This document shows positions 56,036-64,000 of a stretch of 64,000 nucleotides of DNA, in pieces; position 1 is the stretch's first letter; every line of letters begins with the position of its first letter. The notes beneath the pieces were generated by a model that saw only the letters and a program-made list of their open reading frames with translations, ran no database searches and was not told the origin of the DNA. The translations under genes and the position numbers were made by a program. Source of the stretch: a virus (Duplodnaviria > Caudoviricetes). The stretch covers positions 10,475-74,474 of IMG/VR virus record IMGVR_UViG_3300029288_000152; one strand, written 5' to 3'.

Positions 56036-56290
56036 ATGGCCGAACCCACAATCGCAGAACTTCGCGCACAACTGGACGCCGCAAACCGCAAGCTCGCGCA
56101 GATGGAGCAGCTTGGAACGAACGTCACCCATCAGCTTGACGGGAAGACGTTGACGCTGATCGTCGATCTGTCGCAGCAGGGCCGGAAGACGGAGAATGGC
56201 AATTTCACGGTTGCCACGACGCACGGCAACCGGCTGATTGCCGGGACCGATTGCAAGATCGGTCTGACCGTGTTTCGCGTCGGGGCGTAG
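56036..56290 (+). CDS. Early hypothetical protein (coiled coil + small beta domain)
   Basis: 84 aa; AGGGAG SD. Confidence 0.8.
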   Translation: MAEPTIAELRAQLDAANRKLAQMEQLGTNVTHQLDGKTLTLIVDLSQQGRKTENGNFTVATTHGNRLIAGTDCKIGLTVFRVGA

Positions 56291-56305
56291 TCTCGCGCAT
56301 GCTGA

Positions 56306-56342
56306 GAATGGCCGAGATCCTATCGTAGGGTTTCGGCCATTC
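56306..56342 (+). terminator. Long hairpin after 56036..56290
   Basis: GAATGGCCGAGATCCTA-TCG-TAGGGTTTCGGCCATTC. Confidence 0.55.
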
Positions 56343-56589
56343 GATTGCCTGCACGATACGCTATGCGCCTACCTGACGCCGCAAAACCCGCAATTGACAA
56401 TTCCACGCGATTCGTGTCGTTCGTGCCTGCCGAGACGCCGCGCCAGTCGCGCCGGTCGCGCCGTTTCGACGGTTCGACCGTCTCGCAGCATGGCCGAATT
56501 CCGCGCCACGTTGCCGCAGGACGAACGAACGCCGCGCCGATCATAGCGCGGCATGGCGCGGTCGTTTTTGCCGGTGCTCTATCTGTAGG

Positions 56590-59500
56590 GTGTCACTACG
56601 GAGATGGGAGGATCTGACCGTGCCGAGCGAACAGGCTAGACTCATCCGGCAGTTGGCTATACTACAGGCCAAGATTGCCGGTCTGGAGTATGCTACGAGT
56701 CCTGCCGTAGTGTGGCGGATTAAATGCGTGTTCCCGTGTACCAGTCTGGTACTGAAGATCAAGGCGAAATCGACTGAGGATGCGGTACACGCTGCACGGC
56801 GATCACGCTATGGGAAACATGCGGTGGAGTATGTGATTCTGGGTTCTGCCTGAGGAGCCGATCATGCCTATCCAGATCCTGCTAGAGAAGCGACACGTTG
56901 ACGAAATGCGGGATGGGTGTATCTACCGGACGCACTCACTAGGTGAGGAGTGGGTGCCGATTGGTACTCCGTGCTATGTGCTCCAGCCGGACGGAACGAT
57001 GTACTGTTCACTATCCTGCACGCGATTGGCTGAAGTACAGCATCAGACCATGAGGAGCATCTAGACCATGCTGAAGCGTATCCCCAAGATAGGTCAGAGA
57101 GTCAAGTGCGATGGCATTCGTGGCACGATTACCGCGTATGTTCCTGCTGATGTGCGGTTCAGACGGGCGTACGTGGTGAGGTTGGATATTGGGTGTGAGG
57201 TGATTGGCTCGAAGTATCAGTTTGAGCCGGTCTACAGGATGAGGGGCGGATCGGGATTGGGGAGATGAGGGGAGGAGATCATGTTCATGGCATACCGCCA
57301 TCCTGATGGAAGGATTGACAACACATGGTTCTTCGGGCCTGTGGAGTTAGTTAGGTGGCTGAAAGTGTATGCTGGCCCACTGAACGTAGTGGGGAGGATC
57401 GTAGTCATTCGAGAAGGTTGAGGAAGGTGTGAGATGGATGACGAGACAAGAGCCAAGATCATCGCCATCATGAATCAGTACGCGGAGGGAGCTATCATGG
57501 CTGATGAGGCCGTGAATGCTATCCTGATGAGGATGATTGAGGCGGGCTATCTCCAAGAGGAAGTCCAGAACAGCTAGGAGGTCAATCATGGCAGTCCCCA
57601 AAGCTGAAATGAGTTCAGGCGTCAAGTGGGAGTGTGAGCAGATCCTCCAGCAGATCCGGGAGCGGATCGAGGAGTATCAGGCTGGAGAGAAGCGGGAGGA
57701 GGATCTGAGGAGCCTGAGCGACTGGCTCTCGGATACCCTGCCCGATCTGGACATCCTGCTGGAGGAGGATGAGGACTGAGGGGCGGATTCGTGGGGAGAG
57801 GATGAGGGAGGAGATCATGACAAGGAGAATGACAGTCACCCTGGACGATGAGCAGTATCGCTGGATGCTAGGGTGCATCCTGATGCTGCAATCCGTTCAG
57901 GGACGGATCATCCCGACGGTGACGGAGGAGATGGGTGAGGTGCAGGTTGCGTCTCAGGCTGAGACACCAGTTCAGGCTGCCCGGTCAGTGGGTGGGGATG
58001 CGCCAGAGGCGATTCTGATTCAGTCGGATCGCTCCAGGGTGCAGCATCGGGCCGTGGCCGAGCAGAAGCCTGAGATCATGGCCGAGTTGGGAGAGAAGAC
58101 GATCATCGGGCTGATCTTCTCCCATCTCGTCAGCAAGGGGCCAAAGACGGCGAGACAGATTCGGTTGGAACTGCCGATCAAGGTGAGCACCATCGATTCC
58201 AGCCTTCAGAAGTTGGGGGTGTTGGGATTGGTGCAGAGTGAGCCGATCCCCTCAGTGACAGCGTAAGGGAGGATGAGATGGCCTTCTACCTATCCGATGA
58301 TGGCACGCTGGATACGGTGGTGGTGTGTGAGGCGTGTGGAGATGAGGTGCGATATACCTATCAGCCTGATGGGGATGAGGATGAGGTTGATGGGTATCTG
58401 GACTTTGTGGAGTGGTGTCTCAAGGATGCGGATGAGGATCATCAGTGCGCTCAGTCAGGAGAACGCAGCCGTTGTGAGGGATGTGGTATGCCGATTCCGC
58501 TACTACGAGAAGACGCTGATCCCGATGAGTTCTGGTGCGATACCTGCTTGCGCACGGTCGTAGATGAGATGAGGTAATCCATGGACGCCAACTCAGTGAT
58601 GAAGCAAGTCGCAGGGAAGCGTCAGAGCAAGAAGGGCAGGAAGGGACTCCCCAAGCGGACAGGCAATCCCACTCGCAAGATGCGGATGAAGCGTTCTCAG
58701 GAGCGAATGGTGGAGAAGAAGTTGAGGCATGTGATTCGCAGGAATGGGATTCCCGCAGCCAAAGTCTACTGTGATGTCAAGGGGATTGGCATCAGTGTGC
58801 TCAGGAGGCTGTGCATCCAGATGGATGAGGAGTGCCCGGCCTAACCGGTGTAGTCATGGTGAGATCAGAGTTTGATTGGGTTGGGCATTACAAGTGCGGC
58901 AGGCACTCAGGATTTCCCATCTGTTGTGTCATCTGGTGGATGACGGTGTGGCAGGGTCTCATTCGATGGGGATACCACTCTAACAAGGGCATTCGGCATC
59001 CTGACAAGTGGAGCCGGATAGGTCAATGGTACTGGCGGTACGATGAATGGGCGGGACATACCAACTACATTCGGTGCCCCATCTGTGTGATGAGAGGAAA
59101 GATTGTGAGCATCCGCAGATGTGGCTCACGCTGTAGACCACACAATATCCTAGAGTTACATCCGGATGTCTAGGAGGAGCCATGAGAAATATCCTCGAAA
59201 TGAGCGTGAGTGATGGCGCGGTCTGGGCAGAGGAGCATCCCAAGGAGATGCAGATCATCGCTCAGAGCTATGGGATTTGTGCAGACATCTCGGAGACTGG
59301 GATGTACTGCACCCTGAGTGTCGGGCATGTGAGCCAGCATCAGGCGATGCGAGCGGATGGGAGTCTCATCCAATCGTGGGGACAGGGACAGGTTAGTGGA
59401 TGGATGGAGATGAAGGAGAGTTGAGATGAGTCTCTGGCTTGGCTTGGGCGTCTCACTCATCGCGGGATGGATGGCTGCTGGGCAGGGCTATAAGTCCTTG

Positions 59501-60343
59501 CTCATCATGGTGTTAGCACAGTTGGGATTTGCACTCATGGTGTCAGGAGTCATCCAGTAATGGCATCCTTCAGGGAAGCAGTGCAGGTGATTGATCAGGT
59601 CAAGCAGTTCCACATGCTGATCCTGTTCAGTCATAGTGGGGATGCAATGACACGCCATGTGGCCTTGTGGCGATTGCATCATGCTCAACAAGCCTGGTCG
59701 AGCTTGACTCATCTCATGGAGGCATCGCGTGGCGCAACCGTCAAGCGGATTGAGGGTGCGGATTCCAAGCTACGGGATGTGGCGAGAGTTCATCAAGAGC
59801 AGACGGGGAGGGATGCTACCGGTCACGTCTGAGCATGGCAACATCCAGACGCGCTGTATCTGCTGTCGCATTCCCGTGGACATCAGTGCAGCGTTGCCGA
59901 TCAGGATTGGGAGTCTGGTCAAGTTTGATGAGGATGAGGATGTGATCGATCCCAAAGGGGATGTGATCACCGTGACGAGGACAAGAGTGTTTCCTGCCAG
60001 TGTCAAGGGGATGGGTTGTGAGTTCTGTGCAGGATTGCAGATGAAGGCGGATGGATTAGAAGGCGTCAGGCGTGAGAAGTATCAACCACAACACCAGGAT
60101 GTCAGTGAAACGATCATCCAAGTGAATCATGAGGGCAAGACCTACGAGCAGAGGGGAGAGAAGTGGTATGATGTGCAGACGCATATCTCCGTCCCTGTGC
60201 TGGTCGGTCATGTCTTGAGGAAGATTGAGGAGCGGGTGGAGCATCAGGAATCCCGTAAAGTGTTGATAGGCAAGGGGCTAGACAAGAGGACAGCGTTCGT
60301 GGATGTGCGGGAGCAGGTGTTGGGGATGAGGAGTCATCAGTGA
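56590..60343 (+). other. Run of about 15 small early ORFs of unknown function (e.g. 56590..56853, 56864..57064, 57068..57268, 57588..57779, 57769..58266 with C-terminal HTH-like region, 58278..58577, 58581..58844, 58832..59173, 59182..59424, 59426..59560, 59560..59832, 59729..60343)
   Basis: Co-oriented, closely packed, mostly with GGAG SD; several Cys-rich or hydrophobic. Confidence 0.7.
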
Positions 60344-60567
60344 CTGTAACGTACTGCTACATCTGCAATAGAGAGATGGAGCATCGATGGGCCTGTGATG
60401 CCTGTGTCCTACAGTTTCACATGAATCATACGGACTGGCAGCGGTTCCTCAGCGAGCATTGGGAGGAACGCTATAGTCCATCGGCTCCTGTTCCATCCTG
60501 GGTGCAGCAGAAATACCCGCACTGTCACTGCACTGATCCTGATCTGATGTTGGATGAGGGCATCTGA
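60340..60567 (+). CDS. Zn-finger small protein with C-terminal tag (..TDPDLMLDEGI)
   Basis: CYIC..CDAC; 75 aa. Confidence 0.85.
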   Translation: MTVTYCYICNREMEHRWACDACVLQFHMNHTDWQRFLSEHWEERYSPSAPVPSWVQQKYPHCHCTDPDLMLDEGI

Positions 60568-60815
60568 TGTCACGACTCTATGATGATCCTGCGGCTGAGG
60601 GAGAAGTGCGATACTGCTATGGGTGTAATCAACCTACTACCCGTACATGGATCTGTCCCACATGTGATGATGGTCCTGGGGCACTCCTGAGCCGATTGCT
60701 GCACGTCATCCGCGACCAGGGAGAGCCGGTGAGGACGAGTCCTACTGATTCCTACTTTGGGTATAAGCCTGATCCCATCTGTGATCCGGCGCTGGTCTTG
60801 GATGCGGGGATTTGA
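60567..60815 (+). CDS. Zn-finger small protein with C-terminal tag (..CDPALVLDAGI)
   Basis: CYGC..CPTC; paralog of previous ORF. Confidence 0.85.
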   Translation: MSRLYDDPAAEGEVRYCYGCNQPTTRTWICPTCDDGPGALLSRLLHVIRDQGEPVRTSPTDSYFGYKPDPICDPALVLDAGI

Positions 60816-60824
60816 GAGGAGATC

Positions 60825-61007
60825 ATGATGAAGACCGTACTAGTGGCTTTCACGTTTTTCTGCGTAGTCATGTTTGCTGTGAGTTGTGGAGCGGCTATCT
60901 ACTTTGCAATATATGAACGAGCCACACTGACAGCTCTTTCTGTGGCTGGTGCCGTTTTGTGGGGAGTGAGTGTAGGGATAAACAGCATCACGCTCACACG
61001 GTTCTGA
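60825..61007 (+). CDS. Small 2-TM membrane protein
   Basis: 60 aa, hydrophobic. Confidence 0.65.
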   Translation: MMKTVLVAFTFFCVVMFAVSCGAAIYFAIYERATLTALSVAGAVLWGVSVGINSITLTRF

Positions 61008-61019
61008 GAGGAGTCCAAC

Positions 61020-61184
61020 ATGTTTATGGAGCTGGGCAAGCAGGATCGCAAGTGTGATGAGTGTCATACTGAGGATGGCATCGTCAACTTGGGTGGCGTA
61101 GTGCTCTGCAAGGCGTGCGCTGACAAGTACAAGGATCATCTCTTTACACAAGCCGTGAGGAACCAGTTTGACAAGACCAAGTGA
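61020..61184 (+). CDS. 54-aa Zn-finger protein
   Basis: CDEC..CKAC; GAGGAG SD. Confidence 0.65.
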   Translation: MFMELGKQDRKCDECHTEDGIVNLGGVVLCKACADKYKDHLFTQAVRNQFDKTK

Positions 61185-61196
61185 GAGGAGGCTATC

Positions 61197-61424
61197 ATGG
61201 CGTGGGGATCATTCCTGATGGGATTCATGCTGGGATTGGTGTTCAACGTATTCGCTGTCTACCTCTGTCGAGGATTGGTCGTCCTTGCTCTCCAGCGCAA
61301 GGAAACCAAGCAAGTCGAGGAGTTCAACAAGCTCATCAAAGAGGGTGAGGCGGCGATGGAGAAGATGCTGCTGGACAAGAGGAGTCAGCGGGCGGCAACG
61401 ATAAGTAGGGCGAGTGTGAACTGA
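61197..61424 (+). CDS. Single-TM + coiled-coil protein
   Basis: 75 aa; GAGGAGG SD. Confidence 0.7.
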   Translation: MAWGSFLMGFMLGLVFNVFAVYLCRGLVVLALQRKETKQVEEFNKLIKEGEAAMEKMLLDKRSQRAATISRASVN

Positions 61425-61436
61425 CTGAGGTGTGAG

Positions 61437-61625
61437 ATGCCACGGTTTATTATCACAGTTCGAACTCAGCGGCTAGTGGAAGAGGAGTATGCCATCGACG
61501 CGGACACCAAGGAAGATGCCATCGAAGCCTTCCATGAGGGAGATGGCTATTTGCAGGATGAGTGCATCATCGACTGCACCGATGGCCCTACCATTATCAA
61601 GGTTGAGGATTGCGGGGGAGCATGA
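61437..61625 (+). CDS. Untagged paralog of 63049..63267
   Basis: YAIDADTKEDAIEAFHEGDG. Confidence 0.8.
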   Translation: MPRFIITVRTQRLVEEEYAIDADTKEDAIEAFHEGDGYLQDECIIDCTDGPTIIKVEDCGGA

Positions 61626-61786
61626 AAGCCATTCCCCAGTGTCATCGGATTGAGTTCAGTGAGATGGAGAGGGAGGATCTGGTGGATGAGTTGGAGGATG
61701 TTTTGATCCACTCAGATCAGCCTGACACGCATCTGCTAGAGATGTGGAAACTGCTGAATACCTTGAGAGAGTGTGACAACTCATGA
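61622..61786 (+). CDS. 54-aa acidic protein
   Basis: ATGA coupling on both sides. Confidence 0.6.
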   Translation: MKAIPQCHRIEFSEMEREDLVDELEDVLIHSDQPDTHLLEMWKLLNTLRECDNS

Positions 61787-61980
61787 TCCAACCTTACCTC
61801 TTCAGAGATGCCCTCAGGATTGAGTGCTCGCTCTGTGACGACATCATCCAACAGGGTGATGGAGAGCATGCGCCCCTTGCTGGGGGCATCTGTGAGGAGT
61901 GTGAGAGGATTGAACAGGAGTTGAGGGAGGCGATCCATGACTCCAAGAGTGATGATGGGTCACATTCGTCAGCTGTGTAA
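61783..61980 (+). CDS. Zn-finger small protein
   Basis: CSLC..CEEC. Confidence 0.65.
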   Translation: MIQPYLFRDALRIECSLCDDIIQQGDGEHAPLAGGICEECERIEQELREAIHDSKSDDGSHSSAV

Positions 61981-62335
61981 GTATGCGGGGGGACACGTGG
62001 AGATCGGGAGTGAGTTGGCAATGGAACTGGGAGAGCGCAGCAATGCCTGCTGCGATCATGACACCCGCACCATCCATCTCCGGAATGCCTGTCAATCCGA
62101 GGCGATGTATGCATCAGCCTTGCATGAGGTGGGGCATCTCTATGGACGGCCTCCAGATCCGATGGACTTCATGATGGCTGACATACTTGGCTTCTGTTCC
62201 CAGCGCCTGATCGCGGAAGAACGGAAGGCTTGGGTCTGGGCACAGGATCATGCCTTGATGTGGACAGACGAGATGGAAGCCCGGAAGCGGATGTGCCTGA
62301 AAACCTACGAGCAGGGACAACTTGGAGATGAGTGA
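61937..62335 (+). CDS. HExxH zinc-metallopeptidase-like protein (ImmA/IrrE-like)
   Basis: SALHEVGHL..EERKAW. Confidence 0.75.
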   Translation: MTPRVMMGHIRQLCKYAGGHVEIGSELAMELGERSNACCDHDTRTIHLRNACQSEAMYASALHEVGHLYGRPPDPMDFMMADILGFCSQRLIAEERKAWVWAQDHALMWTDEMEARKRMCLKTYEQGQLGDE

Positions 62336-63039
62336 TGAGTATCCGCGATAAAGCTATCATCGCAGCCTGTGTGGGAGTGTTCACCATCTGCTTCTACTTG
62401 GGATTCAGGCTGGGATGGCTGATAGGGACGGTGCTGTGGTCACGTTAGCCTTAGAGCATCTCCGGCAGCATCTAGGTGTGGGAGATGTGCCTCCGACCAC
62501 CTTCTCCTATGCGGATCTGGAGATGCGGACGCTCAAGCCTAAAGTCATCTATGCTGAGAAGGCGGCACCCATGAGTAATCCCCCATCCCTTGGAGCCTGT
62601 ACCAGGTGGGAATGGGCACATCCGTTCAATCGGTGGGCAGTGATGGGTAGGCATAAGGTGCGGATCAAGCCTCCAGGATTCTGGGAGTATGTGTGGGAAA
62701 GGTATTGAGATGTCTACTCATACCACAACCTGTGTCATCTGTGGCGCAAAGTGTTACTGTTGCAATGATGCACATGCCTTAGGATGTGGTGGGGATCATG
62801 GCGAGGGTGGGTGCAATAACCCACCTTACATTGAGTTCTGCTCCCTTGCACATGCGCTTGAACTCCAACGCCGGTTAGTTGAGGCTATTGCTAACTACCA
62901 TCAAGTCGTTGTTGAGGGATGAGCGATGGCCTGGATTCTCCTCCTCATCGGCTCCATCTGGTGGTTCTTGGGCAGGATTGAGCCTGAGACATGGAAGGGA
63001 TTGAAGCATGTACGGACGTACGAATCCGTACCATCGTAA
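62335..63039 (+). other. Small early ORFs: TM peptide 62335..62448, 62415..62708 (start uncertain), Cys-rich 62710..62922, TM peptide 62926..63039
   Basis: Co-oriented short ORFs read by hand. Confidence 0.55.
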
Positions 63040-63048
63040 GGATTCCCT

Positions 63049-63267
63049 ATGAAACGCTGGAACATTGAGACATCCTCCCGGCAGTACGTGTATCGCACGT
63101 ACAGTGTTGATGCGGAGACGAAGGAGGAAGCCCTGCGGCTGTTTCATGCTGGAGAGGGCGACTGTGGAGAGGCCGACTATGGCGATGAGGATGATGAAAC
63201 GGTAGATACCATCACGATGGAGTGCGATCTCCTTCCCGAGGATCAACAGCTCGATGAAGGGATCTGA
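63049..63267 (+). CDS. Acidic small protein with short tag (..EDQQLDEGI)
   Basis: 72 aa. Confidence 0.8.
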   Translation: MKRWNIETSSRQYVYRTYSVDAETKEEALRLFHAGEGDCGEADYGDEDDETVDTITMECDLLPEDQQLDEGI

Positions 63268-63269
63268 TC

Positions 63270-63467
63270 ATGTTCCGACATCGCCAGATCATCCATGCCG
63301 CGACTCAGGCGATCAAACAGTTGGAGGCCATCTCCACAGCTGATCCCGAGCAGGCCCATGGGGAGGCGGATGAGATCCTCCTGGTCTTTTGTGATGCCGT
63401 CGAGCCGAAGGTAAGCAAGGCGTATGTGGAGCTGATTGCCCGGTGCAAGTGGTGGACGACAGCCTGA
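63270..63467 (+). CDS. Hypothetical protein
   Basis: 65 aa; ADPEQAHGEADEILL. Confidence 0.75.
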   Translation: MFRHRQIIHAATQAIKQLEAISTADPEQAHGEADEILLVFCDAVEPKVSKAYVELIARCKWWTTA

Positions 63468-63485
63468 GAGGATGAGACATCTAGT

Positions 63486-63707
63486 ATGATAACCATTCTT
63501 GGAGAAGGCACTCACGATGGAGAAGTTCGACACGTAGATGGCCGTGAGTGGGAGTGGAGCGGTGGCTGTTGGGGGGCTGAGGATCAGAAACAGGCCCCCG
63601 CCATCCTGTGCGCCTGTGGTGGCACCACCTTTAGTATCTCCTATGGCAACTACGAGTGCTTTGCCCACTGTGCTTGTGGACGGAAGTTTCTCATCTATGA
63701 TGGGTAG
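63486..63707 (+). CDS. Zn-ribbon hypothetical protein
   Basis: CACG..CACG. Confidence 0.7.
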   Translation: MITILGEGTHDGEVRHVDGREWEWSGGCWGAEDQKQAPAILCACGGTTFSISYGNYECFAHCACGRKFLIYDG

Positions 63708-63715
63708 GAGGTTGT

Positions 63716-63907
63716 ATGAGTGACCTCGATTATATGGCGTTCCAAGAGGAGATCAGGGCGCTCAAGTCCGAGAATGCCCATCTCAGTGAGGTGATTGAAC
63801 GCCTCCATGCCTATATTGAGCGGTTGGAGGCTCTCAACAGTCATCAGCACCGGCAGGATGATGATGATTATGCTCCCATACCTCCTCTTGCCCATTGGAG
63901 GCGATGA
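63716..63907 (+). CDS. Coiled-coil hypothetical protein
   Basis: 63 aa; GGAGGT SD. Confidence 0.7.
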   Translation: MSDLDYMAFQEEIRALKSENAHLSEVIERLHAYIERLEALNSHQHRQDDDDYAPIPPLAHWRR

Positions 63908-64000
63908 TGCTCCACTACCCCCAAGACTATGACGTGCTCTGGACGGGCTATGATGAGCTGCTCCCGCCACGGGATGAGCGCAGCATCGGAGAGCAATTCA
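63904..64000 (+). CDS. Partial ORF, paralog of 2146..2382
   Basis: YDVLWTGYDELLPPRD; runs off the window end. Confidence 0.65.
   Translation, partial: MMLHYPQDYDVLWTGYDELLPPRDERSIGEQF

Larger units (their letters stand above)
1..64000. mobile_element. Tailed bacteriophage genome, podovirus-like (P22-type portal/capsid), near-complete, probably lytic
   Basis: TerL, portal, capsid, tail fibre, endolysin, PolA and helicase ORFs; dense small early ORFs; no integrase or host genes seen. Confidence 0.95.

Noticed and set aside
57588-57779. ORF ending PDLDILLEEDED as a tag member
   Set aside because: Lacks the invariant D-x-G-I terminus.
1-64000. Integrase, repressor cassette, CRISPR array, canonical tRNAs
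   Set aside because: None recognisable in the sequence or ORF track; the Cas4-like nuclease is a stand-alone phage gene.

Overview
The window is almost all of a ~57% GC tailed-phage genome with podovirus-like (P22-type) morphogenesis genes and no integrase, CRISPR array or canonical tRNA that I can see. It appears nearly complete and circularly permuted: the + strand early cluster at 55.6-64 kb resembles the cluster at 1-3 kb. The + strand at 4.3-22 kb carries replication and nucleotide genes: an intein-containing Cas4/RecB-like nuclease, an AAA_24/Sak4-like ATPase, an MT-A70 methylase, a UDG-PolA fusion and a DUF5664-like dNTP hydrolase. The - strand at 22-54.7 kb carries lysis, putative ejection, tail, capsid, portal and terminase genes plus several homing endonucleases. 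The main unexplained signal is that 19 small + strand ORFs with largely unrelated bodies all end in the same C-terminal peptide, (D-P-D-L-x)-L-D-[EA]-G-I-stop, written with fully varied synonymous codons. This points to a protein-level tagging or targeting system. A second peptide motif, A-L-x-G-L-[KQ], recurs in seven late low-complexity proteins. A GTGACAC repeat field and a C-terminal HTH-like segment shared by the helicase and an EndoVII-like protein suggest a linked origin or packaging-site module. All family names come from motif recognition by eye; no database searches were run.
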